A stretch of DNA of 64,000 nt, taken from the NCBI GenBank assembly GCA_965238175.1, contig CBDEGZ010000003.1, positions 1,632,001 through 1,696,000 of the forward strand, given 5' to 3'. The notes under the pieces are model-generated. The model worked only from the letters and a program-made list of their open reading frames with translations. It was not told the origin of the DNA and made no database searches. A program made the position numbers and the translations under genes. Shown in pieces: positions 52,573 to 61,539 of the stretch (position 1 is its first letter; every line of letters starts with the position of its first letter). Source of the DNA: Gammaproteobacteria bacterium. GTDB lineage: Bacteria; Pseudomonadota; Gammaproteobacteria; CAJXQU01.

Positions 52573-53013
52573 CTAATCAAATAAATCAGGCTGTACAGAT
52601 AAAAGACGATCAATGAAGATCAAATGAGCAAAACCATTATAAAGATGGTTGTATTTCAGGCTCATATTCATGCAAGGATCATCGCAGATAGAATAGTCCT
52701 CGTTTTCTGGATCAGTAGATAATCGGTAAGCTTGTAATTTACGTGCTTGCTCACGATAGATGGACAGATCTGATTTCAGCTCATTAAGGCAAATCACTCG
52801 CAAGCGACGTAATGCTGCTGAACGAGCAGGCTCTGCCTTAGCATCAATCTGGTTAATATCATTCTTTCGGTATCCCGGATAGTTTGATAACTGTACTGCG
52901 TTAAGAATTTCCTTAGGTGTTGGTACGTGACCACCAAGCTTGTAATACCATGGATGACCGGGGCGATAGTCACGGCTACTGAGAGTTTCATATTGTTTTG
53001 ATTGGTTGCTCAT
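52573..53013 (-). CDS. Hypothetical protein
   Basis: 146-aa ORF with GAGGAG RBS. Confidence 0.65.
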   Translation of the reverse strand: MSNQSKQYETLSSRDYRPGHPWYYKLGGHVPTPKEILNAVQLSNYPGYRKNDINQIDAKAEPARSAALRRLRVICLNELKSDLSIYREQARKLQAYRLSTDPENEDYSICDDPCMNMSLKYNHLYNGFAHLIFIDRLLSVQPDLFD

Positions 53014-53035
53014 AATGGTATCTCCTCATTGTTGA

Positions 53036-53229
53036 ATTAGACGGTTTCCGTCTTTGTGAACAACGATAAGGCGTGCAAAGACATTTAGCCTGTGTCCATC
53101 TATTTTGTGGGGGACCGTTAGGAAGACTTGCGGCAGGATTGCCGCTTTAGTCGCGCTTACGGGAAAAATGGATTGACACAGGCGCTTTGTGCGCTAGTGT
53201 TCACCGTCAAAGACGGGAGCTGTCCTAAT
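53036..53229. promoter_or_regulatory. Long imperfect hairpin (Frpo/ssi-like)
   Basis: Nested pairs CCGTCTTTG/CAAAGACGG, TGAACA/TGTTCA, GCCTGTGTC/GACACAGGC, inner GCGGCA/TGCCGC. Confidence 0.65.
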
Positions 53230-53531
53230 CACGCATGAACCGAGAGGTACTTTTTTGATAAACAGTAGAGATAGTAAGTATTGAGATTTCTGTTATGGAA
53301 TTTAAAAAGCCCAACCAATGTCGGGCTTAATACATGGAGGTTTCATTACAAGCTCTCTCACTTAACTCACAACTAACCAGAGCATATTCTAAAAAATAAC
53401 AGTCCATTATGATCAATCCCAACCCTGCAAACGATTGTTATTTAAATATGAGCTGCATCAATGTTATTGGGTGATCAGTGAGGATGTTATTACGCAATGT
53501 AAGATTGATTGAATAGTTTTTAGGCAGGTGT

Positions 53532-53828
53532 TTATTCCTGTTGGGAAAAACGATTTTCGGATTTAATTAATCCCATAATTTCTATATTGTTATCAACAAT
53601 ACGGTAGAAAACAGAATGCTTGCCGTAGACACTTCGGCGATAACCAAGTCTTATTTCATCTACAGCGCGATAAAGGTAGGGGTTTTCACAAAGAGCATCA
53701 AAATGGGATAAAAGGCCATCGTAATAGTGATCGGCTTGGGTTTCGCCCCACCGCCTAAAACCATCCACGTAAAGATTTTCTAAATCGTGATCAGCTTCTT
53801 TTGAAATAACGAGTAAATATTTAGGCAC
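53532..53828 (-). CDS. parE: ParE/RelE-family toxin
   Basis: ISKEADHDLE..WGETQADHY..IRLGYRR..HSVFYR. Confidence 0.9.
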   Translation of the reverse strand: MPKYLLVISKEADHDLENLYVDGFRRWGETQADHYYDGLLSHFDALCENPYLYRAVDEIRLGYRRSVYGKHSVFYRIVDNNIEIMGLIKSENRFSQQE

Positions 53829-54066
53829 CTTTTTTCAATCGTGTTTTTGCCTCTTCACGAATTTGTTCAGCGGTGCGGTCACTTACCCCGCCTTGTTCGG
53901 CACGGATGAGTTTGGCGCGAAGGAGTTCTATCTCATCATGTTGTTGTCTGGCTTTACGGATGAGGTCATTGACCACGTCACTACGGCTGGAAAACTCCTC
54001 ACTTTTGATCTGCGCTTGAATCCACTCGTCATTCGGTGGGGTAATAGAAATACTGGCTCTTGTCAT
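53821..54066 (-). CDS. parD: ParD-like RHH antitoxin
   Basis: SISITPPNDEWI..FSSRSDVVNDLIRKAR; overlaps parE; TGATGC/GCATCA palindromes at 54097-54127. Confidence 0.88.
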   Translation of the reverse strand: MTRASISITPPNDEWIQAQIKSEEFSSRSDVVNDLIRKARQQHDEIELLRAKLIRAEQGGVSDRTAEQIREEAKTRLKKGA

Positions 54067-54181
54067 ATTTTCGACTCCAAATAAGTGATTCACATATGAT
54101 GCATAATAGCATCATTAATGCATCATAGTCAAGAAAAAGCGAGGTAAACACTCTTTGAGGAAGCTATCAGATACAAAATCG

Positions 54182-54904
54182 TTACGGCGTTATTGCTGGC
54201 ACTGACACGTTGGATTGTAGCTTTACTTCTTGAAACATGTTTGGTGACGTAGGTGCTGGGTCAGGAGTTGTTTTTTCCATACCAGGAACGTGTGCTTGAA
54301 CAGGTTCGGGCATATCCTCTAATAATTCTGCATTTAATTCTTCAATATCTTCAGCAGATAAATGACCTTCAGAAACTCGTTCACGTGCATCATCAAGTTT
54401 TTCTTGATACTCAACGAGTTCATTCTTTCTTGCTTCTAGTTTGACACTAATATCAATATTTTTTTCGAAGTCTTCTGCTGTGGGTAGATTGGAATCGATC
54501 AAATCAAAGTCAAGCTCATCAGGACTGACGTCTTTGCCATGCTCATCAATGACACGTGAACCGTCTTCTGACTTAAAAACCCTTCGCCCATCTTCCATCA
54601 CATAAGCTTGAGCAAGCATTGCTTCAATTTGTGCATTAACAGTATCAAGTTGTTTCTGATTTTCCATGAGAGCGGTTACAGTCGCCGCATCGTATGTATC
54701 TAGCTTTGCTTCAAACGCTTGGATTTCCAGTTCAGTGGCAACGATGATGCCAGTCGCAAATGAACTGACATTTTCTTCAAGCTTCGCTTCAGCTTCTTCA
54801 CGTTGGACTTTATCTTCACGCGCTTTGATAAACCACTTACGTTGACGTAGCCACTCCGAATGGTGGCTATCATCATGTGTAAAATGGTTTACTAAGTTAA
54901 TCAT
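54182..54904 (-). CDS. Hypothetical coiled-coil protein
   Basis: Acidic 240-aa ORF, AYVMEDGRRVFKSEDG. Confidence 0.65.
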   Translation of the reverse strand: MINLVNHFTHDDSHHSEWLRQRKWFIKAREDKVQREEAEAKLEENVSSFATGIIVATELEIQAFEAKLDTYDAATVTALMENQKQLDTVNAQIEAMLAQAYVMEDGRRVFKSEDGSRVIDEHGKDVSPDELDFDLIDSNLPTAEDFEKNIDISVKLEARKNELVEYQEKLDDARERVSEGHLSAEDIEELNAELLEDMPEPVQAHVPGMEKTTPDPAPTSPNMFQEVKLQSNVSVPAITP

Positions 54905-55261
54905 TTATTCTCCACATTTTTTCTTAATCAAGACATACACTAATGGTTCTGCGGGTTTATCTGGATGCTGAGAAAACCAAGTCTCAATCGTGTTCCATTT
55001 TGTTTCGCCAGAGTCATAATACCAGTCATAAATACACGTCATTCCGGTTTGATCAGGTTTATCGCGTAAATATCGCGAATAGGCAAATCCTCCGACTACA
55101 CCCGCAATAAAGGATGCCCGTTCTTTGCCATCCATCTTATTTAAAACATCCTCCGCAGTTAAAGCTTGTGCCGTGCCTGCTTGAAGTATAAACACTCCTG
55201 TAATGAGTAATTTTGCGGTAAAACTATTAAGAAATACTGAATTTATTTCCTTATTCCACAT
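54905..55261 (-). CDS. Hypothetical exported protein
   Basis: Signal peptide (AQA), two Cys. Confidence 0.6.
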   Translation of the reverse strand: MWNKEINSVFLNSFTAKLLITGVFILQAGTAQALTAEDVLNKMDGKERASFIAGVVGGFAYSRYLRDKPDQTGMTCIYDWYYDSGETKWNTIETWFSQHPDKPAEPLVYVLIKKKCGE

Positions 55262-55452
55262 AAACGATCCCTTGCGAGAAAGTTTGTTTTCGCAGGGTCT
55301 ATTTTGGTAGAATTATAGAAGAATAAAGTGAAATCAGTAACTTGCCATTTGGTGCTTAAAAGGAAAAAACGCCAAATTAAATTACCTCAGAGGGGATCGT
55401 CTATGTGACGTGGATTCTCCTATTAACACTTAAGGCAAGGTATTGAAATATA

Positions 55453-56049
55453 ATGAAAATAGGCTATTTACGCGTTAGCACGGAAGAGCAGAACGAAAAC
55501 CGTCAAGTTGATGCGCTCCTTCCCATTTGTGACGAAATTCAGTTAGAAAAGCTCTCCGCCGTTGCGAAATCTAGACCGATTTTTGAAGCCGTGCTGAAAA
55601 AACTCAAACGTGATGATACATTGGTCGTATGGAGTTTAGATCGTGCGTTTCGGTCAGTAAAAGACGCATTGATCCAAGCAGACCAATTGAAAGAGCGTGG
55701 TATCAATTTCCAAATAATTAGTCTTGGTGTTGATACCGCAACGGCTGATGGACGACTAGCATTTACTGTTGTTGCCGCAGTTGCAGAACATGAAAGAAAC
55801 CGACTTTCCGAACGTACAATACAAGGTTTAGAAGCTGCCCGAAAACGAGGCAAGATTTTAGGCCCAAAGCGTAAGATGACCGACCGTCAAATTCGTAATG
55901 CCATGAAGCGGATAGAAGCGGGTGAAGATCACAAGAAAATTGCACAGCAATACAAAGTCCATCCCTGGACATTGACGAGAAATATAAATCGTATTACAAC
56001 TGGGGCTGACACCATAAGATCTGTGTCGTATGGCAAAATAACAACGTAG
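55453..56049 (+). CDS. Small serine recombinase (resolvase/invertase)
   Basis: GYLRVSTEEQ, LVVWSLDR, AEHERNRLSERT, C-terminal HTH. Confidence 0.92.
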   Translation: MKIGYLRVSTEEQNENRQVDALLPICDEIQLEKLSAVAKSRPIFEAVLKKLKRDDTLVVWSLDRAFRSVKDALIQADQLKERGINFQIISLGVDTATADGRLAFTVVAAVAEHERNRLSERTIQGLEAARKRGKILGPKRKMTDRQIRNAMKRIEAGEDHKKIAQQYKVHPWTLTRNINRITTGADTIRSVSYGKITT

Positions 56050-56149
56050 TCATGCTGATATAGAGGTTCTATTTCGCTTAAAGTAAATGTGGTTAGTTCA
56101 ACTTTTGTAACCTCAGAACTATAAATTTAAGCAGCTTATAAACAATAAG

Positions 56150-56584
56150 GTGAGTACAATATTTGTGTTACCTGAAGAATGTTTGAAATTACTACTCTTA
56201 GACATCAGGAGTTTGATTCCTGATGAAGAGTTCTGTGGGGTAGGAGTAATTATACATATATCCACAACAGGACTACCAATAGCTCCCCTATGCTCCACTA
56301 TGACCCTGCCGGTAAAGAGTACACTTGCTGAGCAAATTGCGGTTTGTAGTTTTGCTTCGAGTGCTTGCCATGATGGTTTTCAATTAATATCTAGTGATTG
56401 GGAGTTAACTCATAGGAACCAATACTTTGCACCGTTCATTAAAGATAGTATCCCTCTAGTGGATAATGTAGGTGCTCGTTATATGAGTGCTAAATTTGGT
56501 TCTTCTTTAGAAAGCGTGTTATGCACAGGGTTGTTGAATGATCGAGATGGATGCTTAGTGTTTGTCAATGGTGAACTGGTTTGA
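56150..56584 (+). CDS. Stand-alone divergent diadenylate cyclase (DisA_N/DAC-fold) protein
   Basis: GVGVII...CHDGFQLI...VGARYMSAKFGS...VFVNGELV is colinear with DAC GALIVI...LHDGAVII...LGTRHRAALGIS...ISVAENG. Confidence 0.7.
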   Translation: MSTIFVLPEECLKLLLLDIRSLIPDEEFCGVGVIIHISTTGLPIAPLCSTMTLPVKSTLAEQIAVCSFASSACHDGFQLISSDWELTHRNQYFAPFIKDSIPLVDNVGARYMSAKFGSSLESVLCTGLLNDRDGCLVFVNGELV

Positions 56585-57168
56585 TTAGTTTATTTTCAAT
56601 ACCTAAAATCATTAGTTCTATAGCTACATTGTACGCGCTTTCGGTGTTGATTATATTGATATTTTTTAACATATCTGGCGTAGCAACATTAAGTGTGGCT
56701 TTTAAGGGTGCAGTTGTACTTGATTTCTTACTTATTGGTATCTCTTCTTTTGGATGGAGATGGCTCTGGAGAAAAATCCCTAAACTTAATGATTGGATTT
56801 ATCCTGATCTTAATGGAAAATGGGATGTAGATATTCAATGGAATTGGAACGATAATTCAGGTTCTAAACCTGCGTTGGCATATATCAAACAAAGTCTTTT
56901 CAATTTTAGTATTGAGCTTCAGTCTGATGTTTCAGAGTCAGAAACCTTAGTGGTTTTACCACATAAACAGCCAAAATCAGACCGCCCCGGACTTTACTAC
57001 ATCTATAGGAACCAGGGAAAAGCAGGCGCAGTTCCACGACAAGCGGCGCATATAGGAGCAGCAATTCTAAACCTCAATTCCGAGTCGAATGACTTGCTTC
57101 ATGGGAACTATTTTACTGATAGATCGACGAATGGACAGTACACCCTGCGTCGGAACAACGAAATATAA
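56581..57168 (+). CDS. Cap15-like S-2TMbeta cyclic-nucleotide receptor/membrane effector
   Basis: Two N-terminal TMs, WRWLW, PDLNGKW, LYYIYRN, HIGAAIL, GNYFTDRSTNG. Confidence 0.85.
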   Translation: MISLFSIPKIISSIATLYALSVLIILIFFNISGVATLSVAFKGAVVLDFLLIGISSFGWRWLWRKIPKLNDWIYPDLNGKWDVDIQWNWNDNSGSKPALAYIKQSLFNFSIELQSDVSESETLVVLPHKQPKSDRPGLYYIYRNQGKAGAVPRQAAHIGAAILNLNSESNDLLHGNYFTDRSTNGQYTLRRNNEI

Positions 57169-57551
57169 AAATTTTGTCTAGGTACAAATACCTTATCCAT
57201 TTTTAACTTGGTTAGCTGACGCTTCTCACCAAGCTCTTTCCCGTGTAACGAGCAGGACATCTTCTATATAAATAGGTTAGACGGGTAGCTTATGCGTTCG
57301 CCAAAAAAATCCAAATAACAACGTCGAAGAAGCCCAAGTTTTGATTGAAGAGTTCATATCACTTCTACCTGGATACATGGTTTCACCTTCGAAACTATAA
57401 AAACCTTAAAACAAATTTTAGTGAAGCCCTTGTTTTTTAGAAAAAGCACTACATATTGTATAATATGAAATATTATGACGAAACATATGGGATTAGAGAA
57501 ATGAACGAAATTCTAACTTATCTTATGTTTTTGACTAATTCATAGGTACTT

Positions 57552-58574
57552 ATGGCCAAACTAAATAGAGAGATATTTCAGATTCTTTCTTTGAGTGGCG
57601 GAGGTGTCCGGGGTTTATACACTATTACTGTACTTGCTGAGTTGGAGCAACATCTTGCTGATGAATTCTCCGACGAGAATTATTGGATTGGCAAGCATTT
57701 CGATCTTATCTGTGGAACGTCCATCGGCGGTATCTTAGCCTTGGGGTTAGCCAATGGACAAACTGCACGAGAGTTACTTGAAATACTCGATTTGAATAGG
57801 AAAGAGATTTTTCCTTTCAAATCTCGGCTAACAAAAATATTCAAGCGTCCATATCAATCACTTTATACAACCACTCCACTCCGTAAAGTTCTTCAAAAAG
57901 CTTATAAAGGTAAAATAATTGGAGATCTCAAGGCCCGGGTATTAGTACCAGCTGTGAACTACACAACTGGTTCTGTTCAGGTTTTCAAAACACCTCACCA
58001 TATAGATTTCCGGAACGACTGGAAACTTACTTTAGTCGATGTGGGCTTAGCAACTAGTGCAGCTCCTACTTTCTTCCCTATTCATACTATAAACGATAGT
58101 AGATACGTTGATGGTGGGTTAGCAGCAAACTCTCCAGCCTTAATGGGTTTCCATGAAGTACGGCAATTTCTTGGGGATTCTAAAACCCAAACTCGAGTAT
58201 TAGTTGTTGGGACAATGGGACAAGAAAAAACAGCAGACCATAATAAAAAACTAAATGCTGGATATGTGGGGGGGTGGTCTATGGGAAAAGCGTTAGTCGA
58301 ACTAACACTTTCTGCAAATGAGGGGTTGCATAATCAAATCCTGCGGCATCTGTTATCAGAAGACTCACTCCTCGAAATAGATGATTCAGCCACAAGTGAA
58401 CAATCTAAGAATTTAGACTTAGACAACGCTTCAGATGTGGCCGCTAGTGTCCTAAAGGGACGTGCTAAGGAAAGAGCTAAGAAGACTATTTCCGAGCCAA
58501 TTTTCAAAAATTTTATTAAGCATCAGGCTCCCAAACCAACTTTCTTTTATGGTTCGAATAAGACTACTCGATGA
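57552..58574 (+). CDS. capV: CBASS patatin-like phospholipase effector
   Basis: SGGGVRG, GTSIGG nucleophile, ATSAAPTFF, VDGG. Confidence 0.92.
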   Translation: MAKLNREIFQILSLSGGGVRGLYTITVLAELEQHLADEFSDENYWIGKHFDLICGTSIGGILALGLANGQTARELLEILDLNRKEIFPFKSRLTKIFKRPYQSLYTTTPLRKVLQKAYKGKIIGDLKARVLVPAVNYTTGSVQVFKTPHHIDFRNDWKLTLVDVGLATSAAPTFFPIHTINDSRYVDGGLAANSPALMGFHEVRQFLGDSKTQTRVLVVGTMGQEKTADHNKKLNAGYVGGWSMGKALVELTLSANEGLHNQILRHLLSEDSLLEIDDSATSEQSKNLDLDNASDVAASVLKGRAKERAKKTISEPIFKNFIKHQAPKPTFFYGSNKTTR

Positions 58575-58584
58575 GGACGACTCA

Positions 58585-59772
58585 ATGATTCAAAAAAACA
58601 AAATTACAAAGTTATTACACACAGGGTTTAATAACGAACATTTTTACGAAGAATTGAAGATAACTGATGCTGAGGATAAAGAGCTAAAAGTCTGTCGAAA
58701 TGTCATTCGTTCCTCTTTAAGAAGAGGCTTCAATGAATTAAAGAATAATGTGAATGTCTCTAACTCAGAGCAGTACCAGTATATATACAAACTTACACCA
58801 AAATTCTGGACTCAGGGAAGCTATGTTTACAAAACACTCAATAATCCGGCACACAGCCCACCGCAGCAGATTGATTTAGACGATGGCGTCTATTTTCCAA
58901 TGGATGTTGTTGAAAATAGTCCAGTTGCTGCTAAGAAGGTCTTACTCGAAATTATTGAAGACATTCTTCAACCGCTTTGTACTGTTAATGACTGGATGCT
59001 TATAATTAAATCCACTTGTTTTCGAATACTAGTAAGTAAGCGTATTCATATAGATATCCCCGTTTATGCAATTCCTCAAGATCGTTACCAAATTATGGAA
59101 GCGAAATTCCAAAATAGCAGGACTTTACTTGATGCTGATACATTTCTCGATGAGGAAATTTATCTAGATCCACACAAAATTTATCTTGCGATGCATAATG
59201 ATGATGAACACTGGAAAGCATCAGACCCAATGAAGCTTCAACGATGGTTCCTTGACGAGTGTTCAATTCATGGGCGTCTCAGGCGCGTATGCAGATATTT
59301 AAAGGCATGGAGAGATCATATATGGGAAAAAGGTGGTCCTTCATCAATTACTCTTATGGTAGTTGCAGCACAAACTTTTGATCAACATCTTAATGACACT
59401 GGGAAAGGTTTCCAGACTGACTGTCAAGCTTTATTAGCCATAGCACAAGCTATGCCGAGACAGTTTTCTTCTGAAATAATTAATCCAGCGGAAGAACAAG
59501 ACGAAGAAGTAATGTTCCCTAGAGGCAACTCAAATGAAGAGTTGAAAGAAATCCGAGCGAAGATTCAAGCTTTTAAAGATGAGGTTCAGCTAGCGCTTTG
59601 TGAAACAGAAAATAGTGACACTTGTGTTAAACAACTACGTGAAACATTTGGTCTTCGTATTCCTTATCGACCTGAGTGGGTAGAAAGTATACAAATAGGT
59701 GCCGCAATAAGAAGTCTACCGGCTAAGAAGCAAGAGTATCCGAAACCTCCAAAAACTTTGAAATCAGCGTAG
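58585..59772 (+). CDS. dncV: CBASS CD-NTase, DncV/CdnA-like
   Basis: PKFWTQGSYVYKTLNNPA..QIDLDDGVYFP, HIDIPVYAIP, CRYLKAWRD; ATG 58585 after GAGGA. Confidence 0.9.
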   Translation: MIQKNKITKLLHTGFNNEHFYEELKITDAEDKELKVCRNVIRSSLRRGFNELKNNVNVSNSEQYQYIYKLTPKFWTQGSYVYKTLNNPAHSPPQQIDLDDGVYFPMDVVENSPVAAKKVLLEIIEDILQPLCTVNDWMLIIKSTCFRILVSKRIHIDIPVYAIPQDRYQIMEAKFQNSRTLLDADTFLDEEIYLDPHKIYLAMHNDDEHWKASDPMKLQRWFLDECSIHGRLRRVCRYLKAWRDHIWEKGGPSSITLMVVAAQTFDQHLNDTGKGFQTDCQALLAIAQAMPRQFSSEIINPAEEQDEEVMFPRGNSNEELKEIRAKIQAFKDEVQLALCETENSDTCVKQLRETFGLRIPYRPEWVESIQIGAAIRSLPAKKQEYPKPPKTLKSA

Positions 59773-59784
59773 CTTCAGTTTCGG

Positions 59785-61539
59785 TTGCTTCAAGCTAACT
59801 TATCAATAATTGCTGAAACCTTAGTTCAAGAAGGGTTTCAAAAAGTTCAAAGAGGTAATCTAAGTTTCGAGGGGGACATTAAAACGCATGATCTTCATTT
59901 TAGAGTTCGATTTAGCAAAATTGATCCGCTATTTTTAAGGCTCCCCACTGCAACACTTCTAAGTATACCTGACGAAATAGAACACAAATTACCTCACATA
60001 GAGCATAACAATAAGTTGTGTTATCTGGATAAATCAAATACCTACCTAGATCCTTTCGAGCCTAAAAGAACGACACTCATTATTGTTGGTGCTGTTAAAT
60101 CCTTATTAGATTCTTATTTTGAAGAAGCTCAAGTTTCTGACGATTTTGCTGATGAGTTTGGCTCTTATTGGGAAGGAAAATACAGATGTTGTTTGATTAC
60201 TAATCAACAGAGCGGTATATCAAACCTCATCAAGTCACGAGATCTTGAAGGAAAGAATCTATCGGAGTTTATTATCGTAGCTGACGATGAAGAGTTACAG
60301 TATTGGTGTTCTAGAAGAAGTTCTACAAAGTCAGATATGGGACCGTCAAATAAGGCAATTATTCTTTCAATAGAAGAGCCTTTGGTTGTCGAGCATAATG
60401 CTTGGCCACCTCAAGCTTGGCCTGAGTTTATAAAGTGGCTGAGACTTTGTCATCCTGAGACTGAGAGGAAATTACTACAAAATTTACTAACTACACTTAA
60501 AGATAGTAAAAATATCACCATAGCTCTACGCTCAGAGCGTGCAGGTCCATTTGGGGTTCACGTTCAATTTACTAAAAAACTTAGAATAATTGCAGAGCGT
60601 TTTAATTCGTCTAAGAACTCAAAAGCAAATAGGCGTGGAAGGAAGCCTCCCTGGCTCCATTTCCAAACAGTAATAAGTAATCAAAATTTAGTTTCAAGCT
60701 TCTCAAGGTTAGATATAGTTGATGTATCTGAAAAATTCGTATACGAGCGTAATTTACTCTCATCATCATTACTAAATAGGAAAATCGCAATATTAGGGTG
60801 CGGCACGGTAGGTAGTTTTGCCGCTAACTTGCTTGTAAAGGCTGGAGCTGGAACTGGACAATATGGAAAACTAGACTTATTCGATGAAGATTTACTGTCG
60901 AGTTCAAATTTAGGACGTCATTTATTAGGAGTGGATTACCTGTTTGAGAGAAAGGGGGCTGCATTAGCTGATTATCTAATTAAGAGTGCTATACATCAGA
61001 CAAAAATTGAAGGGTTCGAAAATTTTCAGTTATCTAACCTTTGCCGCGTATCGAAATATGATCTTGTGATTGATACTACTGGAGATGAAACATTTTGTAT
61101 GTTGTTAGCCTATGGTATGCACGAATTACGAAGACAAAATATGTGTCCGCCACCATTGTTACACGCCTGGGTAGATGCAAGCGGTCGTGCAGTAAGAGCG
61201 CTAATTGATGACAACTCTGGAGCATGTTTTCGTTGCTTGAAAGTGAAAAAAGGTGGAGGTTTGTTTGAAGAATTAATCGAACGGTACCCTCTTTTCAAAA
61301 ATCAGAAGGATGAAGGTATTGCACGCCTTACTCATTTCCGTTGTGGCGAGAGCTATATACCTTTCGCAGCAGGTGTATCTAGCTCGGTTGCTGGAATGGT
61401 TCAACAGATGGCTTTAGATGTATTTAAAGAAGACCCTGGGCCACGTTTCCGCCACCAGAGCTTTGACACTTGTATTCAAAATACTAAATCTAAAAGCCCA
61501 AATAAAGTTACAGGCTGTCCGTGTTGCAATCCAAATTAG
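59785..61539 (+). CDS. cap2: CBASS Cap2 E2-E1 (ThiF) conjugating enzyme
   Basis: E2 LPHI..LCYLD; E1 GCGTVGS, NLGRH, CFRC...CPCC. Confidence 0.9.
   Translation: MLQANLSIIAETLVQEGFQKVQRGNLSFEGDIKTHDLHFRVRFSKIDPLFLRLPTATLLSIPDEIEHKLPHIEHNNKLCYLDKSNTYLDPFEPKRTTLIIVGAVKSLLDSYFEEAQVSDDFADEFGSYWEGKYRCCLITNQQSGISNLIKSRDLEGKNLSEFIIVADDEELQYWCSRRSSTKSDMGPSNKAIILSIEEPLVVEHNAWPPQAWPEFIKWLRLCHPETERKLLQNLLTTLKDSKNITIALRSERAGPFGVHVQFTKKLRIIAERFNSSKNSKANRRGRKPPWLHFQTVISNQNLVSSFSRLDIVDVSEKFVYERNLLSSSLLNRKIAILGCGTVGSFAANLLVKAGAGTGQYGKLDLFDEDLLSSSNLGRHLLGVDYLFERKGAALADYLIKSAIHQTKIEGFENFQLSNLCRVSKYDLVIDTTGDETFCMLLAYGMHELRRQNMCPPPLLHAWVDASGRAVRALIDDNSGACFRCLKVKKGGGLFEELIERYPLFKNQKDEGIARLTHFRCGESYIPFAAGVSSSVAGMVQQMALDVFKEDPGPRFRHQSFDTCIQNTKSKSPNKVTGCPCCNPN

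Noticed and set aside
55453-56049. Resolvase as the element's integrase or as the driver of an invertible switch
   Set aside because: It is a small resolvase type, and I found no flanking inverted recombination sites by eye
56581-57168. S-2TMbeta gene as simply a second effector of the CBASS operon
   Set aside because: It is translationally coupled to the DAC-like gene and separated from capV by 384 bp containing a separate promoter-like region; cross-talk is not excluded
57180-57400. CapH/CapP/CapW regulator upstream of CBASS
   Set aside because: No ORF with HTH, WYL or metallopeptidase motifs is visible
58462-58584. Longer CD-NTase N-terminus from the ORF track
   Set aside because: Overlaps capV by more than 100 bp; ATG 58585 has a good RBS
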